A stretch of DNA of 64,000 nt from assembly GCF_009914755.1 (NCBI RefSeq), contig NC_060935.1; one strand, 5' to 3'. Numbering within the stretch: the stretch's first letter is position 1; each line of letters opens with the position of its first letter. This stretch comes from the human T2T-CHM13v2.0 reference genome, Homo sapiens. The notes under the pieces were generated by a model. It made no database searches and was not told where the DNA came from. It saw only the letters and a program-made list of their open reading frames with translations. The position numbers were made by a program, and so were the translations under genes. This document shows positions 13,663 to 28,535 of the stretch, one piece after another.

Positions 13663-16038
13663 TGTCTTAATCCATTTATGTTGCCATAAAGCAATTCCTG
13701 AAACTGAGTAATTTATAAAGATGGTAATTTATAAAGACTGGCTGGAAGGTTGAGCATCTGTTGAAAGTCTCAGGCTGCTTCCACTTCTGGTGGAAGGCAA
13801 AGAGGAGCCAGCATGTGCAGAGATCACACCGTAAGTGGAAAGAAAAGAAAGAGGGGAAAGATACCAAGCTCTTTTTTTTTTTTTTAAATAACCAGCTCTC
13901 ACAGGATCTAATAGAGTAGAACTCACTTACCACCCCACTACAGGGAGGGCATTAATCTATTCATGAGGGATCTGCCCCCATGGCCTAAACACCTCACGTT
14001 AGAGCCCTATCTCCAACATTGTGATCAGATTTCAATATGTAGTTTGGAGGAACAATGCCTAATATAGCATTTTGCCCCTGGTCCCTCAAAACTCATATTC
14101 CTCTCATATTGTAGAATACAATCATCCCTTCCCAATAGTCTCCCGAAGTATTATTAGCTTATTCCAGTATCAGCTCAAAAGTCCAAAGTCCAAAGTCTCA
14201 TCTGAGACTCAAGGCAAATTCCTTCTACCTATGAGCCTGTAAAATCAAATAAGTTATTTACTCCCAAGATAGAATGGTGGTAAACGTAATTGGTAAACAT
14301 TCCTATTGCAAAAGGGAGGAATGGAAGAAATAGGTTAAAAGACAGAAGTAAAAGGCCCCATAAAAGTCCAAAATCCATCAGGGCAGACATTAAGTCTTTA
14401 AGCTCCAGAATAATCTCCTTTGGCTCAGTGTCCCAGATCCTGGGTACACTAGTGCTAGGGGTAGGCTCCCAAAGCCTGAGGCAGCCCTGGCCCCATGGCT
14501 TTGCAAGGCACAGCAGAAGTGGTTGCTTTCACAGGTTTGGGTCTGGTGCCTGTGGCTTTTATGGGCTGAAGTTGCATGCTGCTGGTGGCTCCATAATTCT
14601 AGGGTATCTGCAACATTCCTCTTCCCACAGCTCCACTGTCCACCGCTGTGGCTCTACCCCTGAGGCAGGTCTACACTCCCAAGCTTTCTGATACAGCCTC
14701 TGAAGTCCACGTGGAAGTCACCAGGCCTCTACCTGTCTTGTATTCTGGACACATTCAGACTTAGCATTACATGGATGCCACTAACGCTTACTGCATGTGC
14801 TCTCTGGAGCAGTGGCCCAAGCAGTATTTGGGCCCCATTAGCTGTAGCTGGAACTGAAGCAGCTGGGATGTGGTGAGCAGCATGCTGAGACAGTGCAGGG
14901 CAACAGCACTGCAGGCCCTTCTGTCCTCTTAGTCCTCCGGGCCTGTGATGGGAATTTTTGCCTCAAAGATTTCTGAAATGTCTTCAGGGTCTTTTTCCCA
15001 TTGTCTTGACTATTAGCACCTGGCTCCCTTTTAGTCAAGCTAATCTCTGTATGAAGTGGTTGCTGTAGAGCACCCTTGGATCTGTCTCTTGCAAATGCTC
15101 TTTTCTTCTCTGCTACATGGCCAGGTTATGAATTTCTCAAATTTTCACACTGTGATTCCCTCTTAATTGTAAATTCCACATTTAGAATATCCCTTTGCTG
15201 TCATATCTGTTTATAAGCTGTAAGAAAAGTAGCTGCATTACTTATTTAGGGCCTTGCTGCTTAGAAATTTCTACTACCAGATACCCTGGGTCATCACACT
15301 TATGTTTGGTCTTCCATAAAGCCCTAGGGCATGGGACAATGCAGCTAAATTCTTTGCTACTGTATAATAAGGCTAAGCTTTTCTCTGGTTTCCAGTAAAT
15401 TCCTCATTTCTATCTGAGACCTCCTCAGCATGGCCTTTGCTGTCTATATTTCTATCAGCATCTTGGTTATAATTACTTAACCAATATGTAAGAAGTTCCA
15501 AATTTTTCTTCTTTTTTGCCTTCTTGTCAGCCATACAAACACTTAAAATATCTGCCCACTACCCAGTTTCAAAGCCATTTCCATATTTTCAGGTATCTTT
15601 ATAGCAACACCCCACTCCTCAGTACCAATTTTCTGTCATAGTCCATTTGTGTTGCTTTATAGGAATACCTGAGGCTGAGTAACTTATAAATAAGAAAGGT
15701 TTATTTGACTCACAATTCTGTTGGCTAGAAGATCAGGCATCTGGTGGGAGCTTCAGGCTGCTTCCTCTCACAATGTAAGGTGAAGGGGAGCTGGCATGTG
15801 CAGAGGTAACAGAGGGAGCAAAAAGGAAGTGGGGCATGTGCCAGCCTCTTTTTACCAATCAGCTCTCATGGGAACTAAAAGAGCAAGAACCCCCTCACTG
15901 CCTCCACAAAGGGTGGGTATTAATCTATTCATGAGAGATTTGCTCCCTAACTCAAACATCTCCTATTATAGCCTGCCTCCAACACTGGGATCAAATTTCA
16001 ACATAAAGTTTGGGAGGGCAAACAACTAAACTATAGCA
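13663..16038 (-). mobile_element. Complete MST (MSTB-type) MaLR element: LTR 13663-14069, internal 14070-15633, LTR 15634-16038
   Basis: Two direct-repeat LTRs (TGTC..TCCATTT..TGTTGC ... TATAGCA) flank an MST/THE1-like internal region that ends CCCACTCCTCAGTACCAATTTTC. The TSD is GAGTC/AAGTC (4/5). Confidence 0.9.
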
Positions 16039-16313
16039 AAGTCTATCTTAATAGGATACTTGATCTTCTCTATAGAGAAGATGTATCATGTCCTAGATAG
16101 GCTAAATGATTGAGTCCAATTAGTTAAGCAGGTAAAATGTGGAAAGTTACATTTCTTTCATTTATTGTATTCCTGAGGAGTTGGAATGGGTTATGTAATT
16201 GGTTTATTTGGAAAGTGATAATAGCCAAATGTGTAATTCCCTCTCTTTTGTTGGGAGCAGTCATGTATTCCACTTTGTGGTGAAGATGGTGTAGTACTAT
16301 GGGATAGTTCTTT

Positions 16314-16631
<318 letters not shown>

Positions 16632-18420
16632 GGGATAGTTCTTTACTGATTCAGGGTTGCCAGTAAGTCTGACTAATTCTGGGATTTTCTATAAGAAATT
16701 CTTCTTCTCTATAAATAAAAAACATATGCTCCAGCCTAATATTTACCAATAATAAGATGTTTTTCTCCACAAATAGCGATTCCTTTGTATTAAACATAAC
16801 TTGATTCAGAATTTGGACTGATAAGAAGTATGTTATTTATGGAATCCTCTCTACTATCCCACAAAAGTAGATAAAACCAGGTCATGGAGGTCTTCCCTGT
16901 ACCTTGCTCATTAAATGCCTCTTTTCTGATTTGAGGAACTTTAATGACAGCTGTCTACATATAAGAATCCAGAGATTCTTGATAATATGTCCTCAAAAGA
17001 TTTTCTATTCTTTCCAGAGCACTTGACTGTGCAACTGGTTGACAAGTAAACACATCACTTTATCTTTCTGTCTAAACTTATCAGAGATGCTAATATCCCT
17101 CTAAAGAAGGCAAAAGCTTTGCTCAACTGTCACTTTGTAAAAGGTGTTGATTACTTGAGCAATTCACACAGGGCACAATGCCAAACACATAAAAAAAGTG
17201 TTCAATAAATTATAGTAGTTCTGGTAGTTGTACTTATTTCAATGACTGAGTCTCTTTCTCTTAAACCTAGATTTTGTCACCTAAAATAAATTTTCATCAT
17301 TCTTACCCAGTTCATGTCTGTTGGACCACAGTTTGGGTGCAATGATAAACATTTTGTAGTATTATTAAAAGTACCATAGCCTTCTAAAACCTGATTCTAA
17401 AATTAGAATTCAGTATAATCTTACTAAAAAATTCAATAAGTATCTAATTTTAGATTCCAGTGATAACAGCTAACACATTTATCAATATTTCTGATTTTAT
17501 ATATGGGCTTATGTATCTCTTTTTGAGTTAGATGTTAAATGCAGAACTCCAAGTTAAAAATCTTTATGTACACTTGACTTTTCATTATATTTTTCATTCT
17601 AAAATATCCTTTATAAAAGATGGCTCATTAAACATTGCTTGAATAAATAGAATAATCACATATATATGTAAGATAACAGGCGAATTCCATTAGCACCTTT
17701 GTACCTATCATCCCATTTAGGAAATGAAACTTTACCATTCACTTTATACCATTAATAAATCCCCAAATCTTCTATTTATGTTTTATTGCCTTTTGTTATA
17801 ATTTTATTACATGTGTGTCCTTAAATATACAAAAAAATTTAGTTTTTATCCTCTTATTAGGAAAATCAGTTCTGTCAAAAATTTTTATTCATGTTATTGA
17901 GAGGTGGGAAAGGGGGAGGTTGACCATTGACCAAAAGTATGCCATTGGTCAATTTTTCTTTCCCTGTGCTAACATCACAGTTTTAGTTATTACAGCTTTG
18001 GAATTTTTATATGAATTCTTGGTATTTTAGTATTTGTTTGTTTTTTTCCTCTGCATCCTGATAGAATATCTCAATTTTATCTTCTATTCCACTGAATCTA
18101 TTTTCTAAAGATCAGTTCTGCTTTATTTAGCATCCAATGCATTCTTTAATTCTGCTATTGACATTTTCATATTCTTAAAATTTTTAAAAATCTGACCTTG
18201 TCACCTGACCTCACCATAGGAACAAAAATCTATACTAAGAAAAATAAAGAGTGGTTTTAACACAAAGAAAATAAAAACATCATTCCTTCCAAATAAATAA
18301 ACAAGTAGTAGTGTTCTATTTAGGAAGCTTTGCCAAACATATGCTAATATTATGTTTTGCTTGCACTAGTAAATTCTTATTTAGGGAGCCTGTACTCCTA
18401 ATGATAAGTGTTTTGGGTGA

Positions 18421-18964
18421 TATATCAATTAAGCTGTGAAACAAACCACCTTAAAACTTAAGGGCTTAAAATAGGACCATTTATTAAGTTGCTCTCCTGC
18501 AGGTCAGAAATCAGAGGTGGGCTCACTGTGGTGATTGTCGTCCTTAACTGAGCTCATTCTTGACATTGCTATCAGTGTCGGGTCAGCTAGGGGTGGCTGG
18601 TCTAGGACACACTTACCCAGGACAGCTCATCTCTGCTCCACAGGGTCTCTCTCATTAACCTCAGGTTAGACTAGGCTTGTTTACATGGCAGATGAGCAAG
18701 TTTCCAGGAGAAAGAAGTGTGCAAGGACTCTTGAGCTGTAGGCTTGGAACTGGCATAACATTGCCTCTGCCTCCACCACATCTCACTAATCAGCAAATCA
18801 GGAGTTCAGCATAGGTTAAAGGGGAGGGGAAGGAGACTCCATTTTTTCATGGCAGGAATACAAACTCACATAGCAAAGAACATGGATACAGACAGAAATC
18901 AAGGATTGTGGTCACTTTTTATTTTATTTATTTATTTATTTATTTATTTTTGCATTGTGTCACA
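18421..18964 (-). mobile_element. MLT1H-like MaLR LTR with (TTTA)n
   Basis: GCTGTGAAACAAACCACCTTAAAACTTAAGGGCTTAAAA...CTCTGCTCCACAGGGTCTCTC...GGCTTGGAACTGGCA. Confidence 0.7.
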
Positions 18965-20294
18965 GGCTATGTTCTGTTTCTTAAGTAGCAATGTACATTT
19001 TGAATAGGTTCTATGCTGTTGTGTATTTCTCTATGTTTATTTTCAAACTAGGTAACATATAGGGAGGGTTGCTGGGCATATAAAAAGATATTTAAAATTG
19101 CTCTTCTTTCTGTTCCCAGCCTAACTGCTTAACACACTAACTGCTCAACTATCAAAGCTAAAGCTAAATTTTTTCACAATATTATTTCCTTGAGAAGCCT
19201 AGTGCTCTTGTGTTGTAATTTTTTTACGCTTTCACTAATATTTTGCTAAAAAGTTAAGAAAGCCTGCATCAGGGATAACTAGACATTTTAAACTGGAGGA
19301 CTAAGCTTGATGTTAAGATTGTTATTTCTTATTCCAGGTCAGAAAGTTGTAGGTGATGTTCACTTGTTCTCAAAATAACTATTATAACACCATGTTTTGA
19401 CTACTCTTTACTGGAACTTAATTTTCTCACAAGTTACCTTACATGCAAAATAAAGATTTTTTGAGTTCAATTTATAACAAGATAATTCATCTTTTTCCCA
19501 TGCTCCTTGCTACCTGCACTGAGACCTGCTATTGTTTCTGAGCTAGCACTGTTTGAATTGGTTCTTGTTTACCCTTCTGAACCTACATCAATCAGGCTGT
19601 CAGTGTAGACATCTACATTTACATTACTAATGACAATCCTGCTGGGTGTCATTTCAGTTGCTGCTATGACTAGAGATCTCACTTATACACTGGTGACCTT
19701 CCAAAGTCAACTTCTGTTCATTTTATCTGTGGGTCCTTCAAGCTCAAACTGCAAAATTCCTCTGAGTTTACAGAAATGTTTTCAAGACCTTTGTCCGTTC
19801 CAGTCTTGGTTCTCTGATTTTTAATTTTTTTTTTTTTTTTTTTTTTTGCTTTCATTGCCTCAGCTGCTCATTTGCTATCTTATTGACTTAGCAATTTTTG
19901 CTTTGCTATTTTAGCATCCTTGTGGTCTCACCTTTTTTACCATGGTAGCTATGGAAGTCCATGCTGTGTGTTTCAACTACTCTGCTGTTTTTCCCAAGAG
20001 GGTGCTTGCGTTCACAATCTGTCACCAAATTATTTTGATGGAACTGATTAATTATTCAAGGTAAATTTCCATTCCTTTTAGTAAAATAAATAAATTTTGC
20101 TTATTTTTTAAAGTTAATTAAATTAACTCATTTGACCGGGTTGATTGAACATTCTGGTTTGGGTTTAGAATTGAAAAGTCTTGGATTTGCCTTTTAATCA
20201 ATAATCATCAGAAAGTCTAGGTTGCAACTGTTATGAGAAGCTAGTTGGGTTTTCTTAACCGTTTAGCAATTGATTGCTTTCTCTAATTAGCATT

Positions 20295-20836
20295 TCTAGG
20301 AGAAGAAATGTATATATTTTTTCTGCCATTCTTTGTTCTTAGCTGGGATGCCCTGCAGCAAAAGTTAGATTAACAAGAGAAAAACTGAAGTTTATTAACT
20401 TGTTACCTCACGTATGCCCAGAAGATACTCAGGGAAAAATAAGTAAATCTCTGAGAGGTGGCTTAGAATCGAGGCTTAAATACCATCTTCCACTAAAGAC
20501 AAAAGAGGGAGGGGATTGGAGAGGACAGTTATGGGAAGCTGACCAGGAAAAGTCCAGCAAACAAGAGTAAGGTTTGTTATGCAGATTTCAATCTTTGCTT
20601 TCTTCATTAATACAAATTTCTTATGATTTAGTAATTTTTTTCTTTTGCTGGTAGAGAGGAAGACACCCTTACTAATAAAGATTTCCTTTATAGATGTAAA
20701 TTTTCTTTGCAAAAGGGTAACTTCTACTCTGTTTTCATAGCTCCTCCTGTTTCTGCTTTTTTTTTTTTTTTTTTTTTCAAAATAATCCTTACACCGAAGT
20801 GGCATATTTTGGGATGGCATTTTCTGGTGTCCTACA
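20295..20836 (-). mobile_element. MER34-family ERV1 solo LTR
   Basis: The reverse complement starts TGTAGGACACCAGAAAATGCCATCCCAAAATATGCC. Perfect 4-bp TSD CATT at 20291-20294 and 20837-20840. Confidence 0.85.
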
Positions 20837-20879
20837 CATTTTTACACCCCCTGAAATGTCCCTGCCTTTTAAGCACATG

Positions 20880-21375
20880 ATATCGAGCAAGGACTCTGGG
20901 GTCAGGCTCCTGTTTCTGTCATTTACTACCTGTGTATTGAGTTTCAGTTTCTTTGTAAATCTTTTTTTTTTTTTTTTTTTTTTTGAGACAGAGTCTTGCA
21001 CTGTTGCCCAGGCTAGAGTGCAGTGGCCGTCTCGGCTCACTGCAAGCTCCGCCTCCTGGGTTCACGCCATTGTCCTGCCTCAGCCTCCCAAGTAGCTAGG
21101 ACTACAGGCACGAGCCACCACGCCCGGTTAATTTTTTATACTTTTAGCAGAGACGGGGTTTCACCATGTTAGCCAGGATGGTCTCGATCTCCTGACCTCG
21201 TGATCCACCCATCTCGGCCTCTGAAGTGCTGGGATTGCAGGCGTGAGCCACCGTGCCGTGCCCGGCCTGTAAATCTTAAGTAATAACTACTCACAGAGCC
21301 ATAGAGGATGTAACACACATAAGGCACTGAGAATTGTTTGTGGTAGAGAAGAAACACTTAATAAATGCTAGATGG
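20880..21375 (+). mobile_element. MIR split by AluY
   Basis: GAGCAAGGACTCTGGGGTCAG...TTTACTACCTGTGT..TTCAGTTTC, resuming ...CACTTAATAAATGCTA. Confidence 0.55.
20964..21267 (-). mobile_element. AluY
   Basis: Diagnostics GCAAGCTCCGCCTCC and TTAGCCAGGATGGTCTCGATCTCC. TSD TGTAAATCTT at 20954-20963 and 21268-21277. Confidence 0.95.
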
Positions 21376-21636
21376 CTTTCCTGTTGCACTCTACATATGG
21401 GGTAAAATATATTGACACTCAGGAAAGGTGTCCATTTTGATCCCACCAAGGACTATGTCTCTCTGGGCTTCCTCTGCACTCCCTGGGCTGTCTGCATTTG
21501 CTCCAGCCTTCTGAGTTTCACTCTTCTCACCCACTTTGGGTTTTGCTGTTGGTGGCAGAAGCATTGCAGAAATCCCTGATGTTTGGAAAATATGAGCAGC
21601 AGGGTTTATAGCTAGGGCATTGAAAGGGAAAAGTGA

Positions 21637-21995
<359 letters not shown>

Positions 21996-23217
21996 TTAGA
22001 CATTAGACAAAAGGAAGTGTTTTCACTATAGTTAATAAAAATCACGATAAACTCAAAATTACTCAGAGAAGGCTGCCCCCAGCATTCGTAAATTAAAGAA
22101 AAACGACTTGTTGGGGTAAGTTACCATGAAAGGAATAAAAGAATAGACAGAAGATAAAAATCTACAGTTTTTGACGGAATTATTTTGGCCTGATTTTGCT
22201 GACAAGCATACCTTATTAGGAGGAGCATTTGGGATGGTGAAGATAAAACAAAACCAAACATTTACAAAAAAATAGAGCACGCAGCTAGCTTCTTGGTACA
22301 CTTAAACAAGTTGTCCCCCCCCCCAAACTTTTTGAGTCTTCGTTTCTATATCTGTAAAATTAGGGTGCCGATTTATGATTCTTACGTTTTCTTACTGCTC
22401 TGACCTTCTACAATTTTATTCTAAAGCATAGGAATGTGTTACCACAGGAAGTATCTCTCAAAAGGTTTTAGGAAAACCGTGGCACCCATTCAGCATCACT
22501 GTTGGCAGGAATCATGATGAGTATGATTTAGCATGCTTCCCAGAGCTACAGAAAAATATGTTGAGCCAAATTCCCGGGGCATCTGAACCAGTGCCTGGCA
22601 GTAATTTAGGCCTTCTTCCAGAACTGCTAAGTGGTGCCATTGTGACCTGACTGTGTTAATCATGAGTTGGGCACTTTGGGAGGTATATTAGCTTCTTTAT
22701 ACCTCTGGATTGAGACCAGGTTTGCTTTGTGGAAATAAGTGGACATGGGAAAGAAATCCATTTCTTCATAACAAGTACATGAATCATTATATGCCACATA
22801 AGCGTGGTAGATATCCAAATCAAATTGTGTCCTTGATACATAAACATATGTATACAGGAAGAATTTTAAGCAGATAATTAGAAAAATTGGTAGATATTAG
22901 ATCAGCTCCATGTCAGCATGCTGTAGGAATTAGATAATAAGTCCTACTCAGTAGGATATAAACCAAAATAACTTGACACGTATCCTGTGCATGTCCTCTA
23001 AAATTTTTTGTTGTTTGTTGTTGAAATGAGTATGACCTAGAATTTCTCTCCAGATCCAAGAAGACAGGGCTTTCTTATTAGGAGAAATATCTGAATAATG
23101 TGACTCAACTAAATTGACACATAAAATTAATAATTATATACACGTCAAAAACTACTTCACAATGTGCCTGATTCATAAATAATATTCATAAAACATTAGC
23201 CATTATTATTGTAGGTA

Positions 23218-23468
23218 CAGCAGTCCCCCTTATCTTCAAGGGATATATTCAAAGGCCCCTAGTGAATGCCTGAAACTCTGGATAATACTAAACCTGATTG
23301 ATTTCCATTGGGACATGTTTATATTCATGTCTTACACTCACAGATTTACTGTTTTTTTCTATCTTAACTAAGTACTTATTATGAACTGTGACTGTAACTT
23401 ACTTTTTAATTTATTTTGCAGATTCCTTTTTTTTTTTTTACAATTTTATGGATAAAGAATCATTCTTT
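23218..23468 (-). mobile_element. MER44 (Tigger7-derived) DNA transposon, left part
   Basis: TA|CAGCAGTCCCCCTTATC...CCCCTAGTGAATGCCTGAAACTCTGGATAATACTAAACC is a MER44 terminal sequence. Confidence 0.75.
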
Positions 23469-24609
23469 TTTTGTGGGAGGGTGTCAATTACCTAAAGCAT
23501 TTATCCCTTTTTGTATGTTACAAACATACCAGTTGAACTTTTAGTCATTTTTAAATGTACAATAAATAATTGTTGACTTAGTCACCCTGTTGTGCTGTAA
23601 AATACTAGACCTTATTCATTCTATTTAACTATATTTTGTACCCATAAACCATCCCTACTTCTTCCTCATCCCCACTACCCTTCCTAGCCTCTGATACCCA
23701 TCATTTTACTATCTCTATGAGTTCAACTGTTTTAATTTTTAGCTCTCACAAATGAGTGAGAAAATGAGAAGTTTGTATTTCTGTACCTGGGTAATCTCAC
23801 TTAACTAGTATAATGACCTCTAGTTCCATCCTTGTTACAGATGACAGGATCTCATTCTGTTTTTTTTTTTTTTTTTTTTGATGAATAGTTCTCCATTGTG
23901 TATAAGTACCACATTTTCAATATCCATTCATCTGTTGATGGACACTTGGGTTGCTTGCAAATCTTGGCTATTCTGAATATGCTGCAATAAACATCAGGGT
24001 GCAGATATTGCTTTGACATACCAAATTCATTTCCTTTGGATGAATACCCAGTAGTGGGATCATTGGATCATATGGTAGTTCTATCTTTAGTTTTCTGAGA
24101 AACCTCCATACTTTTCTCCATAGTGGCTATACTAATTTAGATTCTCACCAACAATTTACATGGGTTCCCTTTCTCCACATCCTTGCTAGCGTTTGTTATT
24201 GTCGGTCTTTTGGATAAAAGCCATTTTAACTGGGGTGAGATGACATCTCATGGTAATCTTGATTTGCATTTCTCAGATGATCAATGGTGTTGAGAACCTT
24301 TTCATTTTATTGTTTTTCATTTGTATGTCTTCTTTTGAGAAATGACTGCTCAGATCTTCTGCTCATTTTTAAAAATTGGATTATTAAATTTTTTTCTATA
24401 GCTTTTTTTATACTTTCAAGTTCTGGGATACATGTGCAGAATGTGCAGGTTTGTTACATAGGTATACATGTGCCATGGTGGTTTGCTGCACCCATCAACT
24501 TGTCATCTACATTAGATATTTCTCCTAATGTATTCCCCCACTTCCCCTGACCCCCTGACAGGCCCTGGTGCGTGATGTTCCCCTCCCTGTGCCCATATGT
24601 TCTCATTGT

Positions 24610-27600
24610 TCAACTCTCACTGATGAGTGAGAACATGCGGTGTTTGGTTTTCTGCCCCTGTGTTAGTTTGCTTAGAATGATGTTTCCAGCTTCATCCATG
24701 TCTCTGCAAATTACATGAACTCATTCTTTTTTATGGCTGCATAGTATTCCATGGTGTATATGTGCCACATTTTCTTTATCCAGTCTAACATTGATGGGCA
24801 TTTGGGTTGGTTCCAAGTCTTTGCTGTTGTGAATAGTGCTGCAAGAAACATAGGTGTGCATGTGTCTTTATAGTAGAATGATTTATAATACTGTGGGTAT
24901 ATACTCAGTCATGGGATTGCTGGGTCAAGTGGTATTTCTAATTCTAGATCCTTGAGGAATTTAATTCTAGATCCTTGAGGAATCACCACACTGTCTCCCA
25001 CAATGGTTGAATTAATTGACACTCCCACCAACAGCGTAAAAGTGTTCCTATTTCTCCACATCCTCTCCAGCATCTGTTGTTTCCTGACTTTTTAATGATT
25101 GTCATTCTAACTGGTGGGAGATGGTATCTCATTGTGGTTTTGATTTGCATTTCTCTAATGACCAGTGATTATGAGCTTTTTTTCATATGTTTGTTGGTGG
25201 CATAAATGTCTTCTTTTGAAAAGTGTCTGTTCATATCCTTTGCCCACTTTTTGATGGGGTTGTTTTTTCTTGTAAACTTGTTTAAGTTCCTTGTAGATTC
25301 TGGATGTGAGCCCTTTGTCAGATAGATAGATTGCAAAAATTTTCTCCCATTCTGTAGTTACCTGTTCACTCTGCTGATAGTTTCTTTTGCTGTGCAGAAG
25401 CTGTTTAGTTTAATTAGATCCCATTTGTCAATTTTGGCTTTTGTTATCATTACTTTTGGTGTTTTATTCATGAAGGCTTTGCCCATGCCTGTGTCCTGAA
25501 GGGTATTGCCTAGGTGTTCTTCTAGGGTTTTTATGGTTTTAGGTCTTATGTTTAATTCTTTAATCCATCTTGAGTTAATTTTTGTGTATGATGTAAGGAA
25601 GTGGTTCAGTTTCAGTTTTCTGCATATGGCTAGCCAGTTTTCCCAAGACCATTTATTAAATAGGGAATCCTTTCCCCATTGCTTGTTTTTGTCAGGTTTG
25701 CCAAAGATCACATGGTTGTAGATGTGTGGTGTTATTTCTGAGGCCTCTGTTTTGTTCCATTCATCTATATATCTGTTTTTGTACCACCATCAGGCTGTTT
25801 TGGTTACTGTAGCTTTGTAGTATAGTTTGAAGTCAAGTAGCATGATGCCTCCAGCTTTGTTCTTTTGCTGAGGATTGTCTTGGCTATATGGGCTCTTTTT
25901 TGTTTCCATATGAAATTTAAGTACTTTTTTCTAATTCTGTGAAGAAAGTCATGGTAGCTTGATGGGAATAGCACTGAATGTATGAATTACTTTGGACATT
26001 ATGGCCATTTTCACGAGATTGATTCCTCCTATCCATGAGCATGGAATCTTTTTCCATTTGTTTGTGTCCTCTCTTATTTCCTTGAGAAGTGGTTTGTAGT
26101 TCTCCTTGAAGAGGTCCTTCACATCCCTTGTAAGTTGTGTTCCTAGGTATTTTATTTTATTTGTAGCAGTTGTGAATGGGAGTTTGCTCATGATTTGGCT
26201 CTCTGTTTGTCTCTTATTAGTGTATAGGAATGTTTGTGAGTTGTGAACATTGATTTTGTATCCTGAGACTTTGCTGAAGTTGCCTATCAGTTTAAGGAGT
26301 TTTGGGGCTGAGACAATGGGGTTTTCTAAACATACAGTCATTTCATCTGCAAACAGCGATGATTTGACTTCCTCGCTTCCTATTTGAATATGCTTTATTT
26401 CTTTCTCTTGCCTGATTGCCCTGGCCAGAACTTCCAATACTATGTTGAATAGGAGTGGTGAGAGAGGGCATCCTTGTCTTCTGCCAGTTTTCAAAGGGAA
26501 TGCTTCTAGCTTTTGCCCATTCAGTATTATATTGGCTGTGGGTTTGTCATAAATAGCTCTTATTCTTTTGAGATACGTTTCATTAACTATAAACTATTGA
26601 GTGCTTTTAGCATGAAGGTGTGTTGAATTTTATCTAAGGCCTTTTCTTCATCTATTGAGATAATCATGCGGTTTTTGTCATTGGTTCTGTTTATGTGATG
26701 GATTATGTTTATTGATTTGCATATGTTGAAGCAACCTTGCATTCCAGGGATGAAGCTGACTTGATCGTGGTGGATAAGCTTTTTAATGTGCTGATGGATT
26801 CAGTTTGCCAGTATTGTATTGAAGATTTTCACATCGATCTTCATTGGTGATATTGGCCTGAAATTCTTTTTTTGTGTGTGTCTCTGCCAGGTTTTGATGT
26901 CAGAATGATGCTGGACTCATAAAATGAATTAGGGAGGAGTCCCTCTTTTTCTCTTTTTTGGAATAGTTTCAGAAGGAATGGTACCAGCTCCTCTTTTTAT
27001 CTCTGGTAGAATTCAGCTGTGAATCCCTCTGGCCCTGGGGTTTTTTTGGTTGGTAGGCTTTTAATTACTGCCTCAATTTCAGAAATTGTTATTGGTCTCT
27101 TCAGGGATTCAGTTTCTTCCTGGTTTAGTCTTGGGAGGGTGTATGTGTCCAGGAATGTAACTATTTTTCCTATATTTTCTAGTTTAGTTGCTTAGAAGTG
27201 TGTATAGTATTCTCTGATGGTAGTTTGTATTTCTGTGGGATCAGTGGTGATATCCTCTTTATCATTTTATGTTGTGTCTATTTGATTCTTCTTTCTTTTC
27301 TTCTTTACTAGTCTGGTTAGTGATCTATCTATTTTGTTAATCTTTTCAAAAAACCAGCTCCTGGATTCATTGATTTTTTGAAGGGTTTTTTGTGTCTCTA
27401 TCTCCTTCAGTCCTGCTCTGATCTTAGTTATTTCTTGTCTTCTGCTAGCTTTTGAATTTGTTTGCTCTTGCTTCTCTGTTTCTTTTCATTGTGATGTTAG
27501 GATGTTGATTTTAGATCTTTCCTGCTTTCTCTTGTGAGCATTTAGTCCTATAAATGTCCGTCTAAACACTGCCTTAGCTGTGTCCCAAAGAGTCTGGTAC

Positions 27601-28472
27601 ATTGTGTCTTTGTTTTCATTGGTTTCAAAGAACTTATTTACTTCTGCCTTAATTTTGTTATTTACCCAGTAGTCATTCAGGAGCAGGTTGTTCAGTTTTC
27701 ATGTAGTTGTGTGGTTTTGAGTGAGGTGCTTAATCCTGAGTTCTAATTTGATTGCACTGTGGTCTGAGAGACTGCTTGTTGTGATTTCCATGCTTTTGCA
27801 TTTGCTGAGGAGTGCTTTACTTCCAATTATGTGGAAGTAAAACACTTCCACATAAGTGGTCGATTTTAGAATAAGTGCTGTATGGTGCTGAGAAGAATAT
27901 ATATTCTGTTGATTTGGGGTGGAGAGTTCTGTAGATGTCTTTTACATCCATTTGGTCCACAGCTGAGTTCAAGTCCTGAATATCCTTGTTAATTTTCTGT
28001 CTCATTGATCTGTCTAATATTGATGGTGGGGTGTTAAAGTCTCCCAGTATTATTGTGTGGGAGTCTAAGTCTCTTTGTAGGTCTCTAAGAGCTTGCTTTA
28101 TGAATCTGGGTGCTCCTGTATTAGGTGCATATATATTTAGCATAATCAGCTCTTCTTGTTGCATTGATCCCTTTACCATTATGTAATGCCCTTCTTTGTC
28201 TCTTTTGATTTTTGTTGGCTTAAAGTCTGTTTTATCAGAGACTAGGATTGCAAACCCTGCTTTTTCTTGCTTTCCATTTGCTTGATAAATATCTTCCATC
28301 CCTTTATTTTGAGCCTATATGTGCCTTTGCACATGAGATGGGTCTTCTGAATACAGCACACTGATGGGTCTTGACTCTTTACCCAATTTGCCAGTCTGTG
28401 TCTTTTAATTGTGGCATTTAGCCTGTTTACATTTAAGGTTAATATTTTTATGTGTGAATTTGATCCTGTCAT
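24610..28472 (-). pseudogene. Disrupted L1 ORF2 (endonuclease/reverse transcriptase) of the L1PA7-like element
   Basis: Fragments [28 protein letters not shown], and [19 protein letters not shown] (catalytic DD changed to DE). Many stops and frameshifts. Confidence 0.92.
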
Positions 28473-28535
28473 TATGATACTTGCTGGTTATTTTGCCCAT
28501 TACTTGATGTAGTTTCTTTATAATGTCAATGGTCT

